The notes beneath the pieces were generated by a model, which was not told the origin of the DNA, searched no databases, and saw only the letters and a list, made by a program, of their open reading frames with translations. A program made the translations under genes and the position numbers. DNA of 63,618 nucleotides, the filler included, from a bacterium (GTDB lineage Bacteria > JALSQH01), in the NCBI GenBank assembly GCA_026985515.1. It is 11 parts of 11 records of this genome, joined end to end, with 100 filler letters (N's around TTAATTAATTAA, not from the genome) between each part and the next. Parts side by side here need not be neighbours in the genome. Positions count along the whole stretch, not along the records: positions 30,225 to 33,222 come from JALSQH010000134.1; positions 33,323 to 38,317 come from JALSQH010000135.1; positions 38,418 to 45,134 come from JALSQH010000136.1; 8 more parts are not named here. The stretch is one strand, 5' to 3'. Shown in pieces: positions 32,263 through 42,858 of the stretch; the stretch's first letter is position 1; each line of letters opens with the position of its first letter.

Positions 32263-32814
32263 ATGATGAAGATCTCTGACCTCAGAAGAAGAGCCACCGT
32301 TGTCTGTCCAGTCTGTCTGGATGAGTTTGAGACGGAGATTTACAGGGTAATTGTGGCTGATAACTGGGAAAAGTTTGATCCTGAGTCGGTGAATATTGCT
32401 GTGTGTCCCACCTGTGGTCACAGATTCAGGGTGGGTGAGAGGCTGCTAATATACCTGAGGGAGGAGGATATTATTCTCTTTGTTTACCCTGATCCAGAAG
32501 AAGATGTCAGGCTGGTAAGAACCACTTTTAGAGAAGTTAAATCTGTTATTCATGATCTTAACATTGAAATCCCGGAAATGGTTCTTGTAATGGGGTGGGG
32601 TAGGGTTGTCATTATGTGGGAACTTCTCAGAAATGAGAATCTCCTCAAAACATTTTTTGAGAATGGATATTCCCTCAATGATCCCAATTTCTTCCGCAAA
32701 CTGGAACAGCTATCTGAACTTTACCAGGAGTACATTTCCTCCCCGGAAGAAATTAATGAAAGCAAAGTTGTTGAAATAGTAAAAAAGAGATTTTTAAATA
32801 TTGTTGACCTATGA
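32263..32814 (+). CDS. CpXC-domain zinc-ribbon protein
   Basis: CPVC...CPTCGHRF followed by LLIY and FVYP. Confidence 0.7.
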   Translation: MMKISDLRRRATVVCPVCLDEFETEIYRVIVADNWEKFDPESVNIAVCPTCGHRFRVGERLLIYLREEDIILFVYPDPEEDVRLVRTTFREVKSVIHDLNIEIPEMVLVMGWGRVVIMWELLRNENLLKTFFENGYSLNDPNFFRKLEQLSELYQEYISSPEEINESKVVEIVKKRFLNIVDL

Positions 32815-33222
32815 TTCCAGAAAAGGGAAGTTGCATAATCTCCATGGCTCCCCTTGCGGGGTACACCGATTTTATTTTCAGAGGAATTGTACGAGAAATA
32901 TATCTTGAACTTGCTACAACAGAAATGATTTCCGTAAGGGGAATTATTTATGGTGATGAAGAAACGATGAGAATGGTCAGAGAGGTTAAAAGTGAAAGAG
33001 ATACAGGTATACAGCTCTTTGGTTTTATGGCTGAGGACTTCGTGTTAGCCATGGAGAAAATTCAGAGTGAATTTTTACCCCTCCTTTTTGAGTTGAATGC
33101 AGGCTGTCCGGTTAAAAAGGTCGTAAAAAAAGGAGCGGGTGCTGCTCTCCTGAAGGATCCAGGCAGGTTGAGAGAAATTCTTCTGGCGATGAAGGAAGTT
33201 TCAAAGGTTCCAGTATCATTGA
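32811..33222 (+). CDS. dusB: tRNA-dihydrouridine synthase (3'-truncated)
   Basis: MAPLAGYTD..FR, TEMIS, QLFG and LNAGCPVKKV..GAGAALL. Confidence 0.9.
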
Positions 33223-33322
33223 NNNNNNNNNNNNNNNNNNNNNNNNNNNNNNNNNNNNNNNNNNNNTTAATTAATTAANNNNNNNNNNNNNNNNNNNNNN
33301 NNNNNNNNNNNNNNNNNNNNNN
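33223..33322. other. Artificial linker
   Basis: N44-TTAATTAATTAA-N44. Confidence 0.99.
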
Positions 33323-33324
33323 AA

Positions 33325-33534
33325 GAGGGAATAGAGATTGATTACAAAAATCCAGCCCTTCTTAAAGATTATGTAACAGAAAGGGGTAAAATCTTACCCA
33401 GACGTGTAACCGGAACCTGTGCCAAACATCAGAGGGAACTTACAGTGGCTATTAAAAGAGCCAGAATTCTTGCCCTTCTGCCATTCACCACCGTTACCAA
33501 GAAGCTGATCATTCTTCCAAAAGATGTTAAATAA
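33325..33534 (+). CDS. rpsR: 30S ribosomal protein S18 (5'-truncated; absent from ORF track)
   Basis: Manual translation: [50 protein letters not shown]. Confidence 0.97.
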   Translation, partial: EGIEIDYKNPALLKDYVTERGKILPRRVTGTCAKHQRELTVAIKRARILALLPFTTVTKKLIILPKDVK

Positions 33535-33551
33535 ATCTGAGGAGGTAAATT

Positions 33552-34013
33552 ATGGAGGTTATTCTCCTTGAAGATGTTGAAAATTTAGGAAAGATGGGTG
33601 AAATAGTAAAAGTTGCAGATGGTTACGCCAGGAACTACCTGATCCCAAGAAAACTGGCTGTCAAAGCTGATCCGAAGAAAGTTAAAGAGTTTGAACATAA
33701 AAAAAGAATGATTCAGAGGAAAATTGAGAAGAAGAAAAGGGCTCTTGAAAGTGTTGCTGAAAAACTTGCTAAAATTAAACTGACCTTTGAGAGAAAGTTA
33801 GTGGAGGGAGAGGAAGGGAAAATTTATGGTTCAGTGTCAGCTATTGACATAGCAAATGCACTCAAGGAGCAGGGAATAGAACTTTCAAAAGCCAGCATTG
33901 AACTTGAAAAACCAATTAAACAGACCGGTGTGTTTGTAGTTCCCATTAAACTTGAACTGGGTATGAAAGCCCAGATTCAGGTTGAAGTTACAGGGAAGGA
34001 TGAAGGAAACTGA
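33552..34013 (+). CDS. rplI: 50S ribosomal protein L9
   Basis: MEVILLEDVENLG..VADGYARNYLIP and YGSV. Confidence 0.97.
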   Translation: MEVILLEDVENLGKMGEIVKVADGYARNYLIPRKLAVKADPKKVKEFEHKKRMIQRKIEKKKRALESVAEKLAKIKLTFERKLVEGEEGKIYGSVSAIDIANALKEQGIELSKASIELEKPIKQTGVFVVPIKLELGMKAQIQVEVTGKDEGN

Positions 34014-35388
34014 AGAACTAACTCAGGGGAGGGTCCTCCCTCACAATCTGGAAGCTGAACTTCAATTACTTGGCAGTCTCCTCCTGAACAACGAAGCCAT
34101 TGATGAAGTAGCAGGAATTTTAAGACCTGAAGACTTTTATAAGCCCGCACATGGAATAATATACAAACATATACTGAAACTCAGGGATGAAGGCGAATCT
34201 GTGGATATTGTTACCCTGTCAGAATCACTTGACTCCTCTGGTGAACTTGAAAAAGCTGGTGGTTACAGCTATCTTTCAAGCATTGCAGACAGAGTTGCCA
34301 TCTCAACCAATTATGAAGAATATGCAAAAATCATAAGAGAAAAAGCCATCCTGAGAGCACTTATTCTTGAAGCATCCAAGATCATGAATGAAGCATACCA
34401 GCCCCAGGAATCCCTCGATTACTTCTTCTCCAGTGTGGAAAAGAGGATATTTGACATTCTGGAGAGGAGAGAAATAGAAAAATTAGTGGAAATGAAGGAT
34501 GCAATTAAGGAAAATCTCACAATCATCGAACAGATGATGCTGGACCCCTACTACAGACCAGGAATACCAACCCATTACGACAAACTTGACCAGCTCATAT
34601 ATGGACTTCAGCCTGGTAATTTCATACTGCTTGCAGCAAGACCATCAAAGGGGAAAACTTCCTTTGCCCTCAACATAGCCCTGAAAGTTGCAGCACAGGG
34701 GTACCCTGTACTCTTTATCTCCCTCGAGATGCCTGTTAGAGATCTGGTTAACAGAATGATAGCCAACCTTGCAGAAATACCCCTTGACAGCATAATAAGA
34801 GGGATTCTCTCCAAGGAGTATGATCTACCAAAGATTTATACCACGGCAGATACTCTCATGAACTACGATATAAAATTCGATACAAAATCAAAAACCCTCT
34901 ATGAAATAAGAGCCAAGATAAGGAAATTCACCAACGAGATCAGAAGAAAGTATAAAGATCCGGATAAGGAGGGTCTGGTCATAATTGATTACCTGCAGTT
35001 GCTCAGTTTTGGAGGAAAATTTGAAAGGAGGGAACTTGAAATAGCGGAGATTTCAAGAGCTCTTAAAAATCTCGCACTTGAATTGAACATTCCCATAATG
35101 GCCCTTTCACAGTTAAACCGGGAGGTGGAAAAGAGGGAAAGGGCGGAACCCCGCCTCTCTGATCTTCGTGAATCTGGTGCACTTGAGCAGGATGCAGATC
35201 TGATAATGTTTATTTATGACCCGGAAGAGGGAAAGAAGAAAAAATCTGAAGAGAATTTCCAGAGAGCAGACGATGGAGATTGTCAGCGGCTCCGCATTAA
35301 AATTGCCAAGCAGAGAAATGGTGTTCAGGGGAATGTAGATTTTCTCTTCTGTAAGAAATTCAATCAATTCAGGGAAGCTGACTACTGA
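34000..35388 (+). CDS. dnaB: Replicative DNA helicase
   Basis: PHNLEAE, AARPSKGKT, SLEM, IDYLQL, SQLNR, DLRESGALEQDAD and KQRNG. Confidence 0.97.
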   Translation: MKETEELTQGRVLPHNLEAELQLLGSLLLNNEAIDEVAGILRPEDFYKPAHGIIYKHILKLRDEGESVDIVTLSESLDSSGELEKAGGYSYLSSIADRVAISTNYEEYAKIIREKAILRALILEASKIMNEAYQPQESLDYFFSSVEKRIFDILERREIEKLVEMKDAIKENLTIIEQMMLDPYYRPGIPTHYDKLDQLIYGLQPGNFILLAARPSKGKTSFALNIALKVAAQGYPVLFISLEMPVRDLVNRMIANLAEIPLDSIIRGILSKEYDLPKIYTTADTLMNYDIKFDTKSKTLYEIRAKIRKFTNEIRRKYKDPDKEGLVIIDYLQLLSFGGKFERRELEIAEISRALKNLALELNIPIMALSQLNREVEKRERAEPRLSDLRESGALEQDADLIMFIYDPEEGKKKKSEENFQRADDGDCQRLRIKIAKQRNGVQGNVDFLFCKKFNQFREADY

Positions 35389-36162
35389 TCAGAAAATCAG
35401 TTTCCACACTATAGAAGTGGGAACCACTTCCATCTGCATCTCAGTAATTTCCCTTTTGAAATTTCTGAGAAAATCTGTATCAAAGCTGTAATTCATAATA
35501 TCGGGTACAACACGCTTATCCTCAGAGGCACAAACTATGGTGGGGACACCAGCAAGACCACCCTTTATAACAAGCTCATAAGAACCAATTTTGTTAATCA
35601 ACCACTCTTTTCCAAATGCATCTGTTCCAGTTAAAATGAGATCTCTCCTCCTGGCATACTTTGCAAGATTTCCATCTTTACACACATAGCTTTTTATGCC
35701 TGCCTCCCTCAGAACTCTGGCAGTTACAAGACCCTCTTTTGCAGGTTTTCCCTCCCCCACAAGAAGTGTGAATTTATGACCCTTCTTCTTCAACCTCGTA
35801 AGTACCTTTATAACCTGAGAACTGTGAGATATCGTGGTTATTCTGGATGGACCCAGTTTCAAGATTTCCTCCACGCACTTATTCACGGCTCTGTTGTGCA
35901 TTTCTCCAAAAAATTCCTTTAACTTTTTCACACAATTATTCTCTCTTTTTTCTGCACACTCCTCAAGTTTGCTGCTGAGATGATGCAATTGAACCATTGC
36001 GGGATAACTCTGCCTCAAACCCTCTGCAAGGTTCACCAAAAGAGAGGGTTCAAACCTCTGAAGTGCAGAGAGTTCATCAATAATCTTCTCCTGAATATAT
36101 GTGGCACCATGGGTCCTGTCTCTTAACAGAGTGAGTAAATTATCGGGAAGATTCCCTCTCAT
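35389..36162 (-). CDS. eIF-2B alpha/beta/delta-family protein (archaeal aIF2B-delta-like)
   Basis: DRTHGA, TISHSSQV, EGKPAKEG, GTDA, INKIGS and VCAS..K. Confidence 0.75.
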   Translation of the reverse strand: MRGNLPDNLLTLLRDRTHGATYIQEKIIDELSALQRFEPSLLVNLAEGLRQSYPAMVQLHHLSSKLEECAEKRENNCVKKLKEFFGEMHNRAVNKCVEEILKLGPSRITTISHSSQVIKVLTRLKKKGHKFTLLVGEGKPAKEGLVTARVLREAGIKSYVCKDGNLAKYARRRDLILTGTDAFGKEWLINKIGSYELVIKGGLAGVPTIVCASEDKRVVPDIMNYSFDTDFLRNFKREITEMQMEVVPTSIVWKLIF

Positions 36163-38315
36163 TCTATCCCTCTGCGGCAGATAACGGCAAAAGGACAGCT
36201 CTCACAGAAATCTGGTTCTACAGGTTTAGCACTCAGAGGAATATCTGGATTCAGAATGGCACTTATCAACGGCTCCAGTATTTTTCTCTCAAAAAGATCC
36301 AGCTGATAAGCTCCCTGAAGTTCTGTGAAATATACAAAAAGGTCCTTTTCTCTCTCATATTTAAGAAAGTAAAGGGAAGAATAAATGCCGGAAGTTCTCC
36401 CTCTCTTCTTTGCGTAAAGATATATATAGAGTGGAAGCTGAAAACTCTTCACAGTTTCATAGATAAGTGATCTCATTTCAAAATCTTCTTCTATGGAGGA
36501 AGGAGGTTTTATCTCCAGTTCTTCTATAGTATCCCAGAATGAAGAGGAACCATTCTTCTTGTCTGAAACAAACAGGTAATTATCTCTATTCCCTGAAGTC
36601 TTATAATCAATGATTTCAACTTTACCATTTAACTGCTGAATACGATCTGCAATTCCTTTAAACTTTACTTCCATTCCACCAATGTTTCCACTATAATTTA
36701 AAGGTTCCTCTATTCCAGTAATAATGGCTCCAGCATTTTTCTTTATGTCAAGTTTTATAAACTCCGCCAGCTTGAGGGAAACTGCTTCTTTTAATATTAA
36801 ACTCCTGGCAGTTCTGAGACCTTTATCTGGAGGATAATACTCATCAAAGACCTCTTCAACCTTTTTTTCAAGCAGTTCAAGTAAACTCTCTTCAGCATCC
36901 CATGAAATTTCTTTACCTCTGTCTTTAAAAAATTCCCTGTAGAGTTTCTCAAGTATTTCGTGAACTATTATTCCATGTTTTCTGAACTTCTCCTCCTCTT
37001 CATCAACTCCAGTTGCTTCAACCTGCAGAACCTTTTCTAAGAAAAATCTGTAGGGGCATTTTATATACTCATCAAGAGAAGTGTAGCTGAAATTAAGTTC
37101 TTTCAACGAGCTAAGGATATTTCCGATTTTGCGAATCTCTTTCTCTTCCTGAACGACCCGTATATCAACACTATTATCAAGCTTACCTTCTGAAAATACT
37201 TTACCCCTCTTTTTCATCCACCATTCCATCTCTTTAATAAATCTGCTGGGAATTTTGTCACCGCTATCCACAAAAAGCAAATGGACCTCCTCTGCACCGC
37301 TGATCAGAGAGTAAAAATGGTGTCTTGAGATTAAATCGTGGAACTGGAAAGGATGGAACCCGTGATGAAATCCAAAACTTCTTCTCATCAAAGGAGGGAA
37401 AAGAGGCGAAATAGAGGGTCTGGAGGGGAGGACATCCTCATTGGCATCAAGAATGATAACCCGTCTGAACTTGAGATTCCTGGTTTCAAGGAAACCCATA
37501 ATCTGTAAACCTTTTATGGGGCTTCCGGTAAATGGTACATGAGCTTCCTCAACAACCCTTTTTATAATCCCGACTCCTTCTTTTAAAGTAACTTTTTCTT
37601 CTGCTATCAGCGAATTCTTCACAGTTTCAAAGGAATCAAAAAATGATGAGGCAAATTCCCTGCTGAAAAGATAACTACCAAACGGGGTTTTATTTACAAC
37701 ATCAAGTAAAATTTTCTCCAGCTTTTCAATAATATCTTTAACCTTAACTTCCCTGTCTGCAAAGGGAGGTAAAAGGAGATCAAGAAGGAACCTTTTTACC
37801 TTTGAAACAAATTCACTGTCATTTCCAGATTTCTCTAATTCCTCCATAGCCACGGAATCAATCACTTTTTCCGGATCAAAGATGAAATAATCTTCATCAA
37901 TAACTTCTTTAATGAGTTGTTGCATAAATTTTCTCGTCCTTACCTCGCTTTCATCCTCATCGGTAAATCTCATATTTTTTACCAGAGGGGAAGAAATTAC
38001 AGAGATAAAATCAACATAGTGTACTTTCCCGGGATATGGAGATGACCATATCTTAAAAATTCTTTCAAAAAGAGAATAGATCGACGTTCTGGTGAGGGGA
38101 TACCCCATGGTTATGTTAAAATTTCTCTCCAGGATAGATACTGCACCGTTCAGCAAGGGTATCAGAGTTCCTGAATCAGGCAAAACTATAACAGTGTCAT
38201 TCCAGTTTTCCAGGGGTTCATCAGATATATCCTGCAATATTTTTCGCAGTATCTCAATTTCTCCTGCTACAGATGGGGCATTGTAACAGACTATCTTCTC
38301 CGGTAAAAGGATATC
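36159..38315 (-). CDS. addB: AddB-like helicase-nuclease subunit, C-terminal part
   Basis: NITMGYPL, GLQIMGFLETRNL, SYTSL..YIKCPYRF, GIADRI..IIDYKT, QLPLY and CESCPFAVIC (Fe-S staple). Frame is open up to the linker. Confidence 0.85.
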   Translation of the reverse strand, partial: DILLPEKIVCYNAPSVAGEIEILRKILQDISDEPLENWNDTVIVLPDSGTLIPLLNGAVSILERNFNITMGYPLTRTSIYSLFERIFKIWSSPYPGKVHYVDFISVISSPLVKNMRFTDEDESEVRTRKFMQQLIKEVIDEDYFIFDPEKVIDSVAMEELEKSGNDSEFVSKVKRFLLDLLLPPFADREVKVKDIIEKLEKILLDVVNKTPFGSYLFSREFASSFFDSFETVKNSLIAEEKVTLKEGVGIIKRVVEEAHVPFTGSPIKGLQIMGFLETRNLKFRRVIILDANEDVLPSRPSISPLFPPLMRRSFGFHHGFHPFQFHDLISRHHFYSLISGAEEVHLLFVDSGDKIPSRFIKEMEWWMKKRGKVFSEGKLDNSVDIRVVQEEKEIRKIGNILSSLKELNFSYTSLDEYIKCPYRFFLEKVLQVEATGVDEEEEKFRKHGIIVHEILEKLYREFFKDRGKEISWDAEESLLELLEKKVEEVFDEYYPPDKGLRTARSLILKEAVSLKLAEFIKLDIKKNAGAIITGIEEPLNYSGNIGGMEVKFKGIADRIQQLNGKVEIIDYKTSGNRDNYLFVSDKKNGSSSFWDTIEELEIKPPSSIEEDFEMRSLIYETVKSFQLPLYIYLYAKKRGRTSGIYSSLYFLKYEREKDLFVYFTELQGAYQLDLFERKILEPLISAILNPDIPLSAKPVEPDFCESCPFAVICRRGIE

Positions 38316-38317
38316 TG

Positions 38318-38417
38318 NNNNNNNNNNNNNNNNNNNNNNNNNNNNNNNNNNNNNNNNNNNNTTAATTAATTAANNNNNNNNNNNNNNNNNNNNNNNNNNN
38401 NNNNNNNNNNNNNNNNN
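38318..38417. other. Artificial linker (inside addB)
   Basis: N44-TTAATTAATTAA-N44. Confidence 0.99.
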
Positions 38418-39159
38418 ATCCCAGTTCTTCAAGTAATTTTATGGTAAGGGGATCATCTTTTTCCACCGGCTGAAACAGGAAAAAATTGGATGGTTCCTCG
38501 AGCAGAAATTTAATGAAGTCTTTTTCCACTCCGGTCAGGGCATAAAACCCTGCAAAAATAACATTTTTCAATTTCACAGATTCACAAATCGATGAGTTAC
38601 AATCATCAAGGTTTCTTTTCAGTAGAAAATAATTGTAAGCAGGCGTAGTTAGATTTTCCTTATCAAGCATTTCTGTATACGTATCAAAGATCTCTTCAAC
38701 ATTTTCCCAGAATCTAACAACAACATCAGGCAGATTTTCCACTTTGCTTAAATCTTCTTTCTTCGGTTTCTTTCCCTCTCTGAAAAAATCTTCAAACATA
38801 TTGAACAACTCAATCATCCAGTAATAAATATAGCTTTCCTCTCTGAATACTCTGGAAAATACCCCCATACTTTCCATCAACTTTTTCAACATTACTGCAC
38901 CATCAAGTTCGGATAGAACCGGTCTTGAAGCACCGGAAGAAACAGAGGAAACCACATACGAAATAAACTCCTCAATACTGTAAATTTCAGGAGGAACAAA
39001 TCCCTTTCCAAGTTTCTCAGATAACTTCTTCTTTAAAAATCTTCCCGCTCTTTTGGTGGGAAAAACCACCTTCTTATGCGAAAAATCCTCCCCAAGGAAA
39101 TCAATAACCTTGTCAATCAGATCCACACCCGGTTTTACAATTTCAATTGAAGGTGACAT
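38418..39159 (-). CDS. addB: AddB-like subunit, N-terminal part
   Basis: VVFPTKRAGRFL, PPEIYSIEEF and IFAGFYALT.VE; overlaps the addA stop. Confidence 0.8.
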
Positions 39160-42100
39160 GATGTATTTCCCTTTCTTCGATACTGAGCAGTAACAAAGTG
39201 ATTCTCTCTTTACTTATGTTAAAAATCTCACTTACCAATCTCCCATAATTCCTGACCTGCTCTTCATAAGAGTCAAGATTATCAAAGGTGGTTTTGTAAT
39301 CAATAATTACAGCACCGCTTTTACCCTTCATAAACCTGTCTATTCTGAAGCTTTCTCCACTTCCATTAACTATTTCAAATTCATTATTAATTTCCCACTC
39401 ACTTTCAGGATACTCTTTTCTGGAAAAGAATCTTTTAATCTTCTGGTCAGATAAGAACTCCAGAAGCTTTTGAATCAATAAATCCTTAATTCCCCTGAAC
39501 TGTTTAAATTCCTGATCCTTCAGAAGCATATCAATTATACCTTTCACCTGCCCTTCCATCTGCTCCTCTTTATAATCCAGATACTTTATCCTCTCAAGAA
39601 CTGCATGATAAAAAGTTCCCTTCTTCATTCTTCTGATTTCGTTATCATCTAACTCTCTGAACTCTTCACTTTTTCTCACAAGGTTATTTCTCCAGTTGTA
39701 CACAGAGAGAGGAGGAATGATGGAAGCCGGAGTAATAATCTCTGATTCAGTAAGTGGCTTTTTCTTTCTTTCTTCAACCTTTCTGGGAGTATTTTCTCCT
39801 GCAATAAATTTTCCATCTTCAAAGGGGAAAATGCTCTGCAAAATTTCAGATACTGTATTCTTTGAATTTCCATATTTTATTGGAACAAACATAAACAACT
39901 TATCCTTAGCCCTTGTGGTGGCAACATAAAAATTGTTAATTTCACCTAAGACCTGAAGAACATATTCCTTTACACCCAGATGGAGTCTTTCCCTGTCAAT
40001 AAATGAAGCAGTTGAACTGGTAAGAGCAAAGATGGAACCCTCCGAATCAACAATGAGAGTAGGGTGGAAAGAATTAAACATTCTCCAGTTAAAGACAACA
40101 GCCATATAGGGGATAATTACAATTGGCCACTCAAGACCTTTAGCTTTATGATAGGTTGAGATGGTAACTGCATCTGCACTTTCCTGGGAAGGAATTACCA
40201 GATCTTCTTCCTCAATTTCTCCACTTTCAAGGGATTCAAGGAAGGAATTAATATCTGAGTTTCTCTCCTCAATATTACGAACAACTTCCACAAAATGGAT
40301 GAACAATGGTCTTTTTTTTGGAAAATTCACGAGAATTCTGAATTTTTCATAGATCAGCCATATGAGATCTGCTACAGGGGTAAAACCAACCCTTCTAAAA
40401 ATATCTGCAAAAAATTCACTCCAGAGATCACCATGTTTTTCCTTAAAGGTGATGTAATAGAGAGTTCGAGAATCAAGTAAACTTTCCAGAAAATCCTCCA
40501 AGGGTGGGATTTTATCCCCTGCCGCTGACCTGAAAATTTCTCCTTCAACAAACTGCAAAAAAGAGAGATTATCAGATGGGTTGTTTAGAAATTTTAACAG
40601 GGAAACAATTTCCCTGATGAGAAGTTCATCAAGTATATTCAGGCCATGTGATGTTTTCACTGGAACATTATTCGCCATCAGATATGATGAAATTTTCCTT
40701 ATCTCGTTTCTCTTTCTCAAAAGAATTGCAATGTCTTTATATCTGTAGCCTTTTTGGGTAACCTGTTCTTCAATGATTTCTTTCAGAGATGAGGCAATAC
40801 TCTCCAGATTTGAATCTTTATTTCCCTCCTCTATAAGTCTGATTTCAACATACCCTCCCTCCTTTTCAGAAAAATGAGTCACATTGTAATACCTGTCAAG
40901 ATAACTTTCGATTTTATTCTGCAATTCTCTGTAAAAACTTATCTTTTGCTTATCCTTATCAGAAGAACCCATAATAGAACTTATAACATACTTTTTCCAT
41001 ACATCTGGATTGAAAAATTTATTTACAAACTCAATTACCGTTTTCCCGCTTCTGTAATTCTTCTTTAAAACCACATCTTCAGTGCTGGAAAAATGTTTGA
41101 ATTTTTCATTAACTTCACTGAAAATGTCCTCCTTGCTCCCCCTCCAGAAATATATTGTCTGTTTTGGATCACCAACGGCAAAAAAAATTCCTCCCTCTGC
41201 AACCACATTCTCAGCCACCGATTCAAGAAACTCCCACTGGCTGTCACTGGTATCCTGGAATTCATCAACCAGAAGATAATTTACTCTCTCTGCAAGGAAA
41301 ATATAGGATTCGGGGAATCTGTAGGATTTTATGAGCTCAACAAGAAGTTTCATACTGTAATCAAGAGGGATTGTTCCCTCTTCCTTTATTAATTGATGAA
41401 AGATAAGTTTTCCCTCTGAAAGAAGATCGCCAATATCAAAGGAAAATCCTTTTACAATTTCCCAGTAATAATCACTTAATTTTCTCTTTATGCTCTGAAA
41501 CTTTTTGTTTAGCTCTTCCTTTTCTTTACACTTTTTTCTTCCATCAATCAGCTCTTCAACACCCATCTTCGTGAGGAATTCAAGAATAAATGAATAACCA
41601 CTTTTTTCTGCAAGTTTATGAGTTGCTCCTTTGTCACATTTCAGAGACTCAATCGTGGAAAGCAGTTCTCTGGCTTCATGTTCGGCACTCAAGGGATAAT
41701 TTGCTTTAAATTTACCAATCTCAATATTTCTGAAGATCATGGCGTTAAAATATTCTCTCAGAAAATTTTCAATTCTGGAATATATGTCAAAAGTATGGGT
41801 ATTGAAAAGGGAATAACTGCTGAGAGTAACTTTTTTAATTCTGTCACCCTTTCCTTCATGCATCACACTTTTATCCAGACCCATTTCCATGGCACGGCGG
41901 TATATATCTTCGGCACCGGGAAGAACCTCAAGATGGGGAGGAAGATTTTTTACAAAGAGGGAAGCCCTGAAGATACTCGTTACAAGACTATCGATGGTGC
42001 TTATCCTGAGAAGGGAAAAATTTTTGAATATCTCTTCAAGTATGCAGGTGGCAACTTTCCTGCGCAGATCTTCTGGAATATCTGGAGCAATTTCCTCTAC

Positions 42101-42325
42101 AACATGCTTTTCGGCAGTTCCTGTGGAAAGTCCAATGAGATAGTCCAGGACCCTTACCACCATCTCTTTGGTGGCCGCTCTTGTGAAAGTTATAGCGATT
42201 ATGTTCTGGAAGCTGCTCCTGTTCCCCCTCTGACAATCCCCAAGCAGTTTCCTTACAAAGGCAGATGCCAGTTTGAAAGTTTTTCCTGAGCCAGCAGAGG
42301 CTTTGACTAAGATTACCTTGCCCAT
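39143..42325 (-). CDS. addA: AddA-like UvrD helicase-nuclease
   Basis: ASAGSGKT, AITFT, STIDS, VDEFQDTS, VGDPKQTIY, NYRS, TYHKAKGLEW, YVATTRA and a C-terminal RIDR..IIDYKT..QV..Y. Confidence 0.92.
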   Translation of the reverse strand: MGKVILVKASAGSGKTFKLASAFVRKLLGDCQRGNRSSFQNIIAITFTRAATKEMVVRVLDYLIGLSTGTAEKHVVEEIAPDIPEDLRRKVATCILEEIFKNFSLLRISTIDSLVTSIFRASLFVKNLPPHLEVLPGAEDIYRRAMEMGLDKSVMHEGKGDRIKKVTLSSYSLFNTHTFDIYSRIENFLREYFNAMIFRNIEIGKFKANYPLSAEHEARELLSTIESLKCDKGATHKLAEKSGYSFILEFLTKMGVEELIDGRKKCKEKEELNKKFQSIKRKLSDYYWEIVKGFSFDIGDLLSEGKLIFHQLIKEEGTIPLDYSMKLLVELIKSYRFPESYIFLAERVNYLLVDEFQDTSDSQWEFLESVAENVVAEGGIFFAVGDPKQTIYFWRGSKEDIFSEVNEKFKHFSSTEDVVLKKNYRSGKTVIEFVNKFFNPDVWKKYVISSIMGSSDKDKQKISFYRELQNKIESYLDRYYNVTHFSEKEGGYVEIRLIEEGNKDSNLESIASSLKEIIEEQVTQKGYRYKDIAILLRKRNEIRKISSYLMANNVPVKTSHGLNILDELLIREIVSLLKFLNNPSDNLSFLQFVEGEIFRSAAGDKIPPLEDFLESLLDSRTLYYITFKEKHGDLWSEFFADIFRRVGFTPVADLIWLIYEKFRILVNFPKKRPLFIHFVEVVRNIEERNSDINSFLESLESGEIEEEDLVIPSQESADAVTISTYHKAKGLEWPIVIIPYMAVVFNWRMFNSFHPTLIVDSEGSIFALTSSTASFIDRERLHLGVKEYVLQVLGEINNFYVATTRAKDKLFMFVPIKYGNSKNTVSEILQSIFPFEDGKFIAGENTPRKVEERKKKPLTESEIITPASIIPPLSVYNWRNNLVRKSEEFRELDDNEIRRMKKGTFYHAVLERIKYLDYKEEQMEGQVKGIIDMLLKDQEFKQFRGIKDLLIQKLLEFLSDQKIKRFFSRKEYPESEWEINNEFEIVNGSGESFRIDRFMKGKSGAVIIDYKTTFDNLDSYEEQVRNYGRLVSEIFNISKERITLLLLSIEEREIHHVTFN

Positions 42326-42608
42326 TTGGAAGATATTTTAACCATTTTTCAGGAAAAGACAAAGAATTGGTTTGCCTCAAAAATAATCTTACCGAAAAAG
42401 GTGGTGTTTACTCAGAAAAATGTACCCCAAAACCCTGATACAATGTTGCAAAGATCTATAACCAGGGCCTGAAAAGACCGAAAAAAGAAATCCTTGATGT
42501 TCTGACTGTACGCTTAGATTATCATAGAAAGTATCCAACTTATTTTTATCCAAGTTAGACAGATATTTGGTAAATCAACATCTTACATACTCCATCTCCA
42601 CGCCTTTT

Positions 42609-42734
42609 TTATCCAGCCATGTTAAAACTGCCCTGATAGTGTAGGTCTGTTACTACAACAATATGAGCTCTGCTTTTCCGTTTTTCAAAGCCTCTGAGAA
42701 GGCTTACCTCTTTTCCCCTGTCATAAAATTTCAT
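42609..42734 (-). pseudogene. Remnant of an archaeal-type AAA ATPase (ATPase_2 family)
   Basis: GGAGGT RBS then MKFYDRGKEVSLL..IVVVT. The family start FYDRxxE..L is present, but the frame diverges exactly where GRRxxGKT should begin and stops at 41 aa. Confidence 0.55.
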
Positions 42735-42858
42735 AATAGCAACCTCCATTACCGTTTACCATTAGTAAAAATGGAAATCAAGGTTATGACTCACCCACTT
42801 ACATTTCATTTATCCACCACCCTTGCCTTCTCCCCTACCACAGGTAGAATAATTATCT

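Noticed and set aside
34000..35388. Intein in dnaB
   Set aside because: Length is normal and the helicase motifs are contiguous.
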